64,000 nt of DNA, from NCBI GenBank assembly GCA_026023565.1, contig JAPETS010000017.1:1-64000 (forward strand), given 5' to 3'. Made by a program: the position numbers and the translations under genes. The notes beneath the pieces were generated by a model. It worked only from the letters and a program-made list of their open reading frames with translations. It was not told the origin of the DNA and searched no databases. Positions 1 to 11,360 of this stretch are shown one piece after another. This stretch comes from Cirrosporium novae-zelandiae. Lineage: Eukaryota. How positions within the stretch are numbered: position 1 is the stretch's first letter; the number at the start of each line of letters is the position of its first letter.

Positions 1-495
1 ACCACCCCCACCCCCCCCCCCCCCTCAATATAATATAATCTATTCCCTTCCCTTCCCTTCCCCTTCCCTAGTAACTACTCCCACTCCACCCCCCATACTC
101 CCTCCCACAGTCTCACTCTTCCCTCAAAACAGCAGAACAAAGCCCCAATGAAGCCTTTACAGCAAGCCTACGGACGGACGGACGAGTAAGGCCCTTGTTG
201 ATTTTTTTTTTAGCAAGTCCGAGAAGAGGATTTTTATGTACCCCGGATAATTATGAAATGTAAATCAAGGGGTGTAGGTGTTGGGTGTAGGTGGAATTGA
301 GATGGTGGTGGTGATGGGGTATGGGGAGGAGGTTGAGTTGGAAGTTGGGAGTGAATGTTATAGGTTAGGTAATTAGTTAACTTCATAGCAACTGATATGA
401 GAGGTTATTGTCATATCCTGAAATACCAGAATCTTCATCAACTTTGTTAAAACTCTCTCTCTCTCTCATTCCAGAACCTTCCCCAAAGAGGAGGG

Positions 496-503
496 AAAAA
501 AAA
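496..503 (-). terminator. RNA Pol III oligo-T terminator of the 5S gene
   Basis: An A8 run on + (T8 on -) lies at the 3' end of the 5S sequence. Confidence 0.85.
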
Positions 504-621
504 CATACAACAGCCGGTATTCGCTGGTCGTCACCGACCCAACTACTAACCGGCCGGTCTCAAGTTTATGTATGGCAGAGCGGACGGGATGCCCAGTTCT
601 CTTGAGCCTGTGGTCGTATGT
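503..621 (-). rRNA. 5S rRNA (dispersed single copy)
   Basis: The reverse complement reads ACATACGACCACAGG...GCATCCCGTCCGCTCTGCC...TTAGTAGTTGGGTCGGTGACGACCAGCGAATACCGGCTGTTGTATGT. It is 119 nt, with complementary ends and typical filamentous-fungal 5S motifs. Confidence 0.97.
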
Positions 622-1402
622 GTTTGGATGTGGTGTTGTTAGGGTATTTGGACGTGTTTTTGTTTGAACGTGTGGGTGGAGGTGAGGGGGAGAAGGGAGA
701 AGGATGAATGAATGGATCATGACAACATGAATTTTTTTTAGATTTGTATTTGCATTTTGAAAGTATGATTTGATTGATATTATTGAGGTTAAGCAAGATT
801 ATTCTAAAAAAGAAAAAAAGTGTAGGGTAAGGAACGAACCTAAGGGAGTCGGTCAGTCATGGTCGGCTACGGAAAGAAAAGCATATACAGATATTGGCGT
901 GAAAAAAGAAAGAAAGAGAAAAGGAACAGAGGAGAAGAGGAGAGGAAGACCAGCTTTTAGGCTATAGACTATATTACTATATACAGACCCCCTACAACTG
1001 ATGGAAAGTACAATTTATGTTACGTTACGCACAAAGTAGAAGAGCCTGTGGAGCAACCGGCTTACCTACGCCAGGGTTAGGAATAGACCAGACCGTCTTA
1101 TTTGGTCTGATCTATTATTCCCTTTCGCTATTATAAAGTGAATATGGTTACCTGGATGGGTTTTGGTTTTTGTGTTCAGGAGGTAGTGCTGGTCATGTGG
1201 AAAGGCTTCAGAGGGAGTGAATGCACATCCTTCAGGGAATAGTAGATTTCATTGTTGTAGAGAGATCGTCACAACATCACCTTAGTTATAGCATAAGAAA
1301 TTGACGAAGCAAAATGGTAGTGTGTACCCCTTAACGAGAGTTGTAAACTTCACTCTTCCTTTTTCTGACACTCCACGCTCTAGCGCATTCGGGTTGAAAT
1401 CT

Positions 1403-2361
1403 TCAGTGTCCAAGACCTCCTTCCTCCTTCATTGCTACCTTCCAGGCTTCATGTGCTAGCTGGTCGGTATTGTCGAACTTTCCATGTCCATCCTCGAGTC
1501 CCAATGAAAAGCCAGGCTGAAAAAGGGGGACACCACTGCGAAGACTTGACGTGCCGCCATCGTGACCACCGCTTCGGTCACTGGAGCTGTTTTTTTCTTT
1601 GATAGCGAGCAATTTATCAAGGATTTTGTGCTGAATATCTTCTGTAGCTTCCTCGTAGCATATCTGCACCAGTGATCCAAGGTCGACCTCATTCATATTC
1701 GTAAGGTCGACCGAAGAGACGACTATAGATATGGCCAAAACATTTTTGGTGATCTTGGTTAGAGCCTCGGACGTGAAGGAGTAGGTGTAGAGATGTATAT
1801 CGACGCGGTATGGATATCCGAGACTACCAACGGTGATAAAGCTTAATACGAATCAGTATTTTAATATTTTTCATTAGGAATAGAAGATCGCATAAGCGTC
1901 TAAAGGGTACTACTCCGCATACTATTTGGTGACTTCTGCAGAGTTTGTCGTGGCCGATCCAAACAATACATTTAGTCCTACCTCTAGCACGGTCCCTAAT
2001 CCATTGGCAACATCTCCATCCGCAAAGGCCTTGTAGGTTTTTTTGACATGTTCCGCAATTAATGCAGCATCGGTGGTGACACTACACTTGATGACAGTGT
2101 CCTCTAGCAGGGTTTTGCTAATATTGACCTTGAAATTATCTCCAGTACTTCTATATGGCAGCATGCCTCGTCAGCCTTCTCGGTTTAATTATCTCACTTC
2201 ACCGCACAATAAGGACAAACTCACCTAACAGTAGTTTTGAAAAGCTGCGTCTGTAATTTTGCTAGATCCATAAGTGAATTGAGAGCGTCATTGGCCATTT
2301 TCTCTGTCTCATTGTTGTCTTTCCTTGCCTGATCTCGAACAGCGGAAACTAGTTGGCCCAT
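1403..2361 (-). CDS. Hypothetical protein, 267 aa, 3 exons (2361-2225, 2150-1923, 1841-1403), N-terminus MGQLVS
   Basis: Introns GTGAGT..TAG and GTATGC..AAG join the track ORFs 1922..2164 and 1403..1738 into one stop-free 804-nt frame (MGQLVSAVRDQARKDNNETEKMANDALNSL...YRVDIHLYTYSFTSEALTKITKNVLAISIVVSSVD). Confidence 0.8.
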
Positions 2362-3377
2362 GATTATGCACGATGTAGATAGACCTAGCAATGTTTTCTG
2401 TAGCTCAATAGTAGGGTCAATGTGATATAGAAAAAATATATTTATGGGAATTCAGATGGACTGGAATGATCGAAAAGGGTTATGAATGTTGGTCTTATAT
2501 ATACATTGGTACATGATTAGAAAAAGAAAAGAGGAGCGAGAAGACCGACGCGTCTAAGATGTGAAACTAGCATTGAGTTCCAATGCTATAACGCACTTTA
2601 GATGCAGGCATACCCGTAAAAACTGAGCATACTACTGCGAGGCATAGCACAAACCATCCAGAACATGCATGCTCTTGTATGCTCTCAAGCCGGCTCAGTT
2701 GATGTCAGCAACTGTCTTCAGAGTATATGTATTATTGTGAGGGGAAGGTCTCAGGTTGAAGAGTGATAAGTCGACGCCAGTGTAGTTGCTGAGAAGTTCA
2801 GCGGAGCAACTATCCAAGTAGGTGGCGCACGAACGACTTAGAGTCTATACACTATGCAGATTCTAGTGACTTTGACGATCGTTGAGTACTATCATGAAAC
2901 TTGAAATACCAGGTAACAAATTTCTTAAAGAAATAATAAATACATAAGTCAAAATTATAAATAAAGATCAATTTTCGTTTTAATTTAAAGTTATTTATTT
3001 ACCAAGGACTTTATTTAACTTTAATTGATCGCTTCAAACTTAATTTCAACAACCGACGAAGGACTGAGGGAGGGTTGTGGTTATAGAGCAACGCCATCTA
3101 CCAATTGCCCACCACCAGAATAGAATAACTATGAGCCTGAGAGATTTTTTTTAATTTTTTTAAAAAACATATACTCTATACCAAACGGTAGTTAACTATG
3201 GGAGTAGGAGAAACATCTTAGTTCGTTTGACTTGGTTCGTTTGGCTTGGTGTTACTGTCTATTCACCGCCGATTACCTGTTCCAGACTCGTGCTGTGTGA
3301 TTCTTTGTTTGGTTGCATGTATGCGATTGATTGCATGCTTTGCGTCTCAGGGATTCCATTTATCCACGAATTGTTTA

Positions 3378-4579
3378 TCAAAGGTCCAAATCACACTTCT
3401 TATGTATCTCTGCTATAGCCTTTGGAACTGTGCTTCGTAAAGCTTCGGTCCTGTGTTTCAATATCCCGTAGAAGTAGATATTTACTACGGGACCTCGGAC
3501 GCTAGGATAGAGCGTAAGGGGGCAAGAAAGGCAAAGGGGGGAGCAACAGGAGGAACAGTCGCTCTTCTCTACATGGTAGCTAGAGACTTCCTGCTGGACC
3601 CCGCAAAGCGCAGGACTGGATGACTCACTTCGACCTGGAGATGTGAGATCATCACTGATGCAACATTCCGCCTCTGACACAACGGCTACGCTCATATTTA
3701 GGATCGTGTACTTCACTTCCGAGTCTGTTAGAGCTAAAGGTGCTGGTATATCTGTAGCTAGAGAACCTTATATCATCTGTTTTCAGATTTGTCTCTCTTG
3801 GTAGATATTCGAACTTTTGGCTGTATTTCATATCTGCGACTTAATATGCCTTGTTACACAAACTAGCTTTAAAGAGGCGGTATATCAAGACCCAGTCTTC
3901 TATTTCGTGAATAACCCTGAAATTTGTAGTTTCATCTCGCAGCAACAGCTTCGTATTTTTCGAGTGCTTAATGGTAGTCAATGTCATTCAATTGGCCTCT
4001 CGGAACTCGGAATTGCAGTTTTAGTTATCTGTACTTGAGCCCTGCCTATGTTGAGATGGTTCATGTTTCACTTCCCACTCTTATGGCATATATAATCGTT
4101 CTGTTGATGAACCTGAAAGAAGAGGAAGCTTTTCAAAATACTGTCGCTTGCAGTCCTTGATTACAAGGTCCTCCATAATCAAAGTACTCATTTGGATTCT
4201 GTGTAAGCCCTTCATTGATCCTTTCTTACTTCCAAGTCGTGACTCCCGCTTCTCCTATAATAGTAGGACACTCTGTTGGTGACCCCTTCGACGAAGGGAT
4301 TTTTCCAGACTTGTAACCTTCTAATTGAGATATCACGCGCTCACGTTCCCGCTCGTCTAAGACAACAGCCCATATAGACGACCTCCCCGAAGGCTCCTTC
4401 GATGCCGACTTCGCTAGCCAGGCACCACGTAGAGGATGGTATATAAGGATACAGGGTTCCGGTAAGAATCGTGGCTCTAAATTTCTTGCCCGCTTTAGAT
4501 CTTCCCTCTTAGAAGTCTCAACTTCTGTTAATGCTCGTTTAACTGGTCATAGCGAAAGCTGCTGCTGATGTTGGGCCAT
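3378..4579 (-). pseudogene. Possible decayed coding sequence of unknown origin
   Basis: A frame of about 350 nt (MAQHQQQLSL*PVKRALTEVE...GVTTWK*) has one internal stop, and a 112-aa ORF lies at 3378-3716. No domain was recognised. Confidence 0.25.
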
Positions 4580-5011
4580 CTGTGCGTAAACATTGCGAAT
4601 ATCCTTAAACACTATAACAACTATGTAGTAGCGGTTGGAAATCCCTAGTTCGGTAATCATTTACACGGGAAACTTGTGTTTATGCGTAATGAACATTTGT
4701 TTTAACAATTTTTCTTTTTTAAAAAAAACTACCTTGGCGAGACATTGGTTTTCAGATAGGCTAATCGATATTGAAGGTTAAGTGTGTCTGTCATAAACGC
4801 AGGCAATCTTATCTATCGATCGGTATTAAAGTTCAGCGGAGAGGGGTTCTGTGAGTCCTAATAAAGTAGAAGGTGCGATAAACCATGGCATAACCGTTAT
4901 GTGATGGGCATATTATTTACGTAGTTGTTTACGCTTCCCTTTCCCCTAAGAAGGTGAATGATGACCACACTGAATGAAAAAATAAATTAAAATAGAATAT
5001 ACCGTCGACAG

Positions 5012-5170
5012 GTAGAAATGAAAGCGACCAGACCCAAAAAACCAGCCCAGAAAAGTGACCTTAGAGAGGTCTTTAAATTGAATTGTTATTGAAAACTGAT
5101 TTTTTTTTCAAGGCCTCTCTAGGATCACATTTCTGGTTCCATCTTTGGGTCTGGTCGATTTTATTTCTAC
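5012..5170. repeat. Imperfect inverted repeat with arms of about 60 bp (MITE-like/fold-back)
   Basis: GTAGAAATGAAAGCGACCAGACCCAAA...CCAGAAAAGTGACCTTAGAGAGGTCTT (5012-5073) matches the reverse complement of 5110-5170 (GTAGAAATAAAATCGACCAGACCCAAAG...CCAGAAATGTGATCCTAGAGAGGCCTT). The spacer is AT-rich. Confidence 0.85.
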
Positions 5171-6099
5171 TCGTTGAAAATACACTCATTGTGTGGCTAT
5201 AGTAGCCACATTATGCTGTGCCACACAGCAAGTATCGTTTGCTTTGCTTTGCTTCAACCAAGATAGAGCCCGTATACATATAATTATAGCTAGGTGTTAT
5301 AACCATTCAGGTAAGGTTAGGTGATGATGCCTCAGCTTTGAGATAGTATGAATAGTATTCAGGGTGGATGTTCTAGGAGGCCTCAGTAGAGCAGCTATCT
5401 ATGGCTATAATGTATGAGGACACATGTACCCCCTAAGACATACCATGCTTTGTGGAGGAGGTCTAAGGGAGCGTAATAGCTTTATAACTGTGTAAATGTT
5501 GATAAAAGTATTTCAGTGTGGGGATGGATAGGGATGAGTTGGAGTTGACATTGACCTCTTTTCTTGTTTGAATTTGAATGAAATTGGGAAGAACGTGATA
5601 TGTGGTCCTTGCCCTAAGGTTGTAAACCGAGGGTATTGTATGAAGGGAGTATCAGGACTCAATAGCAATGTTGGCGGCGTGATAGATAAATGGATGTAAA
5701 CAAGGAGTGTAGATGTTAACGGGTCTCTAAATCCAAGGATAGGACTAGAGTATGTTCGCTAGTACTATGATTTTAAGAACATATAAGAGTGAGAAGAGAT
5801 GTTCCAGACAGACTTCTGCATAGGCTAGGCTAGAAGGGGGGGGGTAAACAACACGAGCAGCGATTTCTGAGTAGGTTTGATATGCTGACACGGTTGTGTT
5901 GAATGAAAAGGTATTTTTCCTAGCCCCATATTCAAGCACAACATAGACAAATGGGCAGATGTGTTATTCTCTCTCTTGACGAGCACTTTGTCAACCTCAA
6001 GAATCAGATTCTTAGAACCACAACTGCTCAAGACAACTCTTTCGAATTTCAACTACTAGAAACTTCAGATATTCTGACAAATTGTGAACAACCATCACA

Positions 6100-6991
6100 A
6101 TGCAACCTAAAAAACGGTCATGGCCAGCGGATTTCACGAGAGCGGACAGCGGTAAGATTATTTTGCTGGCTGGTTTCACCTTCTGATTAATTATTCTAAC
6201 ATCTACTGCAGACGCGGCATTAGTATTGATGAATATGAGAGAGGCACCGGTTATCACAAGTGACCCCAAAAGTGTCTCCATGTTCTACCAGTGGGAAAGA
6301 ATGAAGAACCTTGAAGATTGGCAGGATGAGCAAAGGAGGTAAGCAGTATATTTGAAGTAAAATAAGAAATACACTAGAACACGTACAAAGATTCTCGGCG
6401 ACCTAATCATATTTGAAGAACAAGGAACTCACTTGCGGAAGCTACTACACCATTCTCTGAGACTATTCTAATGCCCCGATTTTGCTCTTACATTTTCGTG
6501 AAATTAAATACTAATCATACCATAGGAAACGGCGGAGACGCAGGCCCACACCGCCCTTACCTCCCCTCCAGCTGGAGACCTCATCTCCCCAAGTGCCATC
6601 CTCACCTTCTCCATCACGGCAGTCCCTCTCACCTCTACCATTTGGGTTTGCGGCAACATTCACACCGATGCGACGTTCACAGATCCGTGAAGAGCGCGAA
6701 GAGCGTGAGACGAGAGAGCGGGAGGAGGAAGAGGAGATAGAGCTATCTAACAAGATGAAGTTAAATGATGAAGACAAAGAAGAGACAAAGGAAGGAAGTG
6801 GTGATGAAACCATTGATGATGACGAGACAGAACTAGATGATGAGACAGAGTTGGAGGATGGAGAAGACAGCGGCAACGAAGAAGATGGCGGCAAAAAAGC
6901 TGACGACGAAAATCAAGATCGCGATGAGGGCATCAAAGGCGTGGATATGAGCGGAGCAAACGAGAAGTTTACAGGGATGAAGATAGTGTGA
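6100..6991 (+). CDS. Orphan protein with basic patch and acidic C-terminus, 4 putative exons (6100-6151, 6212-6338, 6378-6437, 6526-6991)
   Basis: The start has a TCACAATG context. GTAAGA..CAG and GTAAGC..TAG introns keep the frame. The third intron has a CTAAT branch point and TAG acceptor but no GT donor. Product: MQPKKRSWPADF...KRRRRRPTPP...EEEEE...DDETELEDGED. Confidence 0.55.
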
Positions 6992-7589
6992 TTGGGAAGT
7001 GTTAAACGCTCTCTCTACTCACTGCGCTTTGACTCCTTGACCAAGAAGCAATTCTTAGCCAAGAATAGGACAAAGAGGGTCACTGGTACAGATTATATCT
7101 CTTGCTTTCGTTTTTGGCGTTGTGGTTGTTGTGGTTGTGTTTGGATATTTCATCGGATGCCAAGTCGCGGATGTTGGTCGGGCCGTAGTGTCCCCTCGCT
7201 CGGGCCGAAGCTTTGGTTGTCGCTTGAGTTATCTATTTCTTTTCTGACCTCAAATTGTGTATAATAATTCCATTACTGGATACTAGATCCTCTCAGAGGG
7301 GCATGACTCTGGATATCAGGTCTCACAATCAATTAGTTTCGTTATTCGAACTTTATACAAACTCAAATATATCACTTCAGCATTTGTCCTCCTATTGACC
7401 ACCTTCCTCATGAACACATCTACATGACATGAGAATCGCTAGCATCGGATGAACTATCATATAAGAGAATCGCAGATCATTCCTCGCAAACCTAGCTTTT
7501 GAACATTTTAGTACTGTCGCAAAGTCGTGAAATCTTCCAGTCAAATCACCTACACCCTCCACCGCCTCCATCCCATCCATTGCCCAATA

Positions 7590-8645
7590 ATGTCTACCTC
7601 CAATTCCCTCTACGGAGCCCACAACCCCAAATCCTCCAAAACCAAAGAAATATCTTCCTCAGCCAACCTCTCGTTTACGTCTCAACTCTCCTCCCTCATA
7701 GCATCTAGCTCTGGGGCCCAAATAGCATCAGCGCACGGCCGCCCCCGCCCCTCGAAATCGAAATCCTCCATATTCACAACCCACAACAAGAATACCAAGA
7801 AGCGCGCCATGGCAGACGAAGAAGATTCATACGCGACACAGAAACACAAATCCCAGGCAGATCTTGGGGGAGCGGTGGATGAAGCGACGCTACATCGATC
7901 CAAACGACGGATGGAAGAAAAAGCGAAACGATACGCAGAAATGAAACGGGGGGAATACGTCGGGTCTGACGGACGGCTAGCAGACGATAGGGGATTAGTC
8001 GATTTCGACCGCAAGTGGGCCGAGAAGCAAGCGCGCGGCGGGAGGTCGTCAGACTCCTCTAGCGACTCCGACAGCTCCTTCGAACACGACTCAGACACAG
8101 AAGTCAAAGCCTCGGAAACCGTAGAATACGAAGACGAATTCGGCCGCCTCCGAACCGGCACTCAAGCCGAGGCCTCACGAGAAGCTCGAAAACAAAAAGC
8201 CCAAACCGCTGCCGCAGAGGAAGCCGCCAGCTTCTCCGCCCGCCCCCAACAACCCACAAACCTAATCTTCGGCGACACAATCCAAAGCTCTGCATTCAAC
8301 CCCTCAGAACCTGTCGCAGCGCAGATGGACAAGCTAGCGCAAAACCGAGATCGCAGTCCCACGCCGCCAGAGGACAGCCACTACGATGCCGGCGGCGAGA
8401 TTCGGAGCAAAGGGGTTGGGTTCTATGGGTTCTCGCAGGATAATGAGGAGAGGAAGGGGCAGCTGGAGGCGTTGGAGAGGGAGAGGAGGGAGACGGAAAG
8501 GGGGAAGGTGGAGAGGGTGGAGAGGAAGGAGAGGAGGAAGAGGGAGATTGAGGAAAGGAGGGCTAAGATTCGGGAGCAGAGGGGGGTTAAGCAGGCGGAG
8601 GCGTTTTTGGAGGGGTTGGGGGAGGAGTTGGCGCGTGAGGGGTAG
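7590..8645 (+). CDS. CCDC174-like (DUF4078) protein
   Basis: Intronless ORF with the motifs HYDAGGEIRSKGVGFYGFSQD, VEYEDEFGR and LVDFDRKW. Confidence 0.85.
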   Translation: MSTSNSLYGAHNPKSSKTKEISSSANLSFTSQLSSLIASSSGAQIASAHGRPRPSKSKSSIFTTHNKNTKKRAMADEEDSYATQKHKSQADLGGAVDEATLHRSKRRMEEKAKRYAEMKRGEYVGSDGRLADDRGLVDFDRKWAEKQARGGRSSDSSSDSDSSFEHDSDTEVKASETVEYEDEFGRLRTGTQAEASREARKQKAQTAAAEEAASFSARPQQPTNLIFGDTIQSSAFNPSEPVAAQMDKLAQNRDRSPTPPEDSHYDAGGEIRSKGVGFYGFSQDNEERKGQLEALERERRETERGKVERVERKERRKREIEERRAKIREQRGVKQAEAFLEGLGEELAREG

Positions 8646-9777
8646 GAGTATAGGTAGGGGTGGGGCCGGAGGTGGGAGGGAGGGATGGAGGCTTGGAACG
8701 TGGTGGTTTGGGATGTACATGTACATGTACTATATGACCTATGATACCTATTTGGCATTTGACATTTGACATTCTGCGCTGTTTCACACCTTCGAATAAA
8801 TTAAGACTCACCCCATCTCATCCCACCATATCAACCAGATATAACATCCCTCATACCCAACCCAACCCATCCCTCCACCCATCCACAAGATTCCCCTACC
8901 CAGAATACCTACCCAGAATACCTACCTAGGTAGTTTCCTTTCCCTTTCCACGTTTCTACACCACTCCACAGCGCAGTCAGTATCATTACTTATACTATAT
9001 CTATGTATCCATATCCACAAACACACCGACAAGCTCAAGCCCACATCCCAACATTCCAACGTTCCAACATCCCAGCATATTGATCCGGCTTTTCCCCCTG
9101 CCCTGCCCTGGTTTAATGTCTCTATCTCCCTCCCATCCCCCCTATCTCTCCCGTCCCTCAGGGCTCTGGTTGTACGATTATACGATAAGCAAGCAAGAAA
9201 GCATAGTATTAAACACGCGTTTTCTAGAAGCATTCATTTATTGATTCATTCATTCACTTCCTTCCTGCATTTCTTCCTGTTCTTCTTGCTAGAAATCATC
9301 ACAATCCCAGTCCCATAAGTAAAAAAACACTCCATCCCCAAATCCCCAAACCTCCAAATACTCCCCCCCCCCATATACCTCACCTCACCCCCCAAAAATC
9401 ATAACAAATCCATCAAATAGATCCATCCCCCCCCCCCCTACAAAGTTAACCAAAAAAACTCAAAACCCAAAACCCAAACCTAAACCCTAAATCTAAACCG
9501 AAAACCTCTTGAAACAATAGACTAAGACGCTATTTAGAAGAGAAAAAGAAGAAAGCCAGCCCAAAGTTAAAAACAAAATCAGAGAAATATATCCATAACC
9601 TCGCTTTAATTCACAACTTCCCTGTACCCTAGAGTTGGTACAAGTACAAGTACCATAGTCTATATATCTTGTGTGCGTCTCGTCCTTGAAGTTTTCGAAA
9701 CCAAAACAAAAAGCCCCCCTCTCATAATATATACTTAGTTCCATCGCCCCCTTTATCGAAATTCTTTGGCCTTGGTA

Positions 9778-10503
9778 TTAATGATGTATACAGCCTGGGG
9801 TAGTAATATCCATATCCTGTCCCCCCTCCTCCTCTTGTCTCCTCTTCTCCTCTTGTCTCCTCTCCTCCTCCTCCTCCCAACCCTCCTCCTCCAGCTCCGG
9901 TCCCCTATCCTCTACCGGTCCACACATATCCCAATCGACAAACTCCCCCCACGTGGTCCACCGTAAAGGTAACAAATCCGGCGTAGGGGGTAAATTGATG
10001 ATCCCTTCCTTAATCTCATCGATACTTGAAAGGACGAACTGCAACTTCGGCTGAATCACGGCCCAAAATTCGCGTTCTTTTACCGGGAACATCACTCCCC
10101 TTATTTCTAACGTTTTGAACAGTAAAAAGGTATCCATGTATTTTTGGCTAAGCTTGAGGTTGCTGCATGTATAGGATAGCTCCTCCCTAAACCTTCTCTT
10201 AACGTCTGCCCATGCGACGTTTCTTCCATCTATTTTGGGATATGCACCCAGACACTTTTCGGCAAGGTAATGGGTCTCTCTATGCAAAACGCAAGCTTTG
10301 CCCCATGCTTTGGAAGAGATCTGTTGGTGGTATTGTATGGCGTTGTGTAAGTGAGAGGCTAGAATTATATAGGCACCGTCACTTGAAACTGGAAGAGCTC
10401 TACCAGGGGGTGGCGGTAGGATGAGAGGGAGGAGATGGTCGATAATTCCTTGGTTAAAAGGAAGCGGTCCGCTGGGGTTTGTTCCGGTCGTGGGAAATGA
10501 CAT
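9778..10503 (-). CDS. Hypothetical (lineage-specific) protein, 241 aa; may have an upstream exon
   Basis: Long ORF with protein-like composition and an E/R-rich tail. The frame stays open for 18 codons upstream to a TAG acceptor-like site. Confidence 0.55.
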   Translation of the reverse strand: MSFPTTGTNPSGPLPFNQGIIDHLLPLILPPPPGRALPVSSDGAYIILASHLHNAIQYHQQISSKAWGKACVLHRETHYLAEKCLGAYPKIDGRNVAWADVKRRFREELSYTCSNLKLSQKYMDTFLLFKTLEIRGVMFPVKEREFWAVIQPKLQFVLSSIDEIKEGIINLPPTPDLLPLRWTTWGEFVDWDMCGPVEDRGPELEEEGWEEEEERRQEEKRRQEEEGGQDMDITTPGCIHH

Positions 10504-11360
10504 TAAAGACTCGGCTGCTTGTACGGGTGTTGCGTTGGCTGACTGATATTTTTGATTCTAGGGGAAAGTATCCGAGGTTGAATGACAGGTATGCACAGAT
10601 AAGAACCAGTCTCAATCATAATTAACAAGGATTTTTTAGTAATGAGGTTGAGGCATAGTCTCAGCGTTGAGCGAGTGGATTACAATACGGGTATACACTC
10701 AAGATTTTTCGCAGGCAAGGAAGACAATTCTTGCCTTCTTCCATGTATTAGGGACCTGGTCAACGAGCAAGCTACGGCAGCGCCGCTGCCAGTTATCAGG
10801 TAGCCTTTCAAGGCCACTGAAATCACCAATGCTTTCCAGAATTATGATCCTTAATGTGAGTTCCTTTTACAAAAAAATACAGTTCAAGAAGGGACAGGTC
10901 AGGCTTTCATTGCTCCGATTCAGCCCAGCTAAGGAACACCAGCCCACAGGTCGGCGTGCTGACGTTTAGATCTAGCACATCTAGGTGTTGGGGCGTAAAA
11001 GTGGAATACCATAATATGACGGATCGACTTTACTAGCGGATAGAAAGGTACCTTAAAGTCATATTCCAGTATAGTTGTCGGAAATGTGGTGGAACAGGCC
11101 ATACTAAAGCCGTGACAATGATAAAAAAGAATATTTTTCTACCTACACCTTAACTGTAGAGCGCAAAAAACCACCTTGCAACTCCAGGGTAGAGAGCTAT
11201 TCTTTATAGAATATTCGATCGCCATCGTCTGTAGGAATATCTCTTTCAATATCCTATTCCAGCCTGTATGAATATTGTCAGCAACGTCCATCACGAAGTA
11301 GCAATCCAACCCTAAGATGTCTAACCAATAAAATGTATGTATGAATCGCGTAGGAAATGT

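Noticed and set aside
408..796. Short ORFs overlapping the 5S gene
   Set aside because: They are chance frames over an rRNA gene and low-complexity flanks.
5280..5940. Possible RIP-degraded transposon
   Set aside because: The sequence is TpA-rich, but no transposase or RT motif or termini could be recognised.
8334..8811. Pro/Leu- and Arg/Gly-rich ORFs around the CCDC174-like 3' end
   Set aside because: They are shadow frames of G-rich coding sequence.
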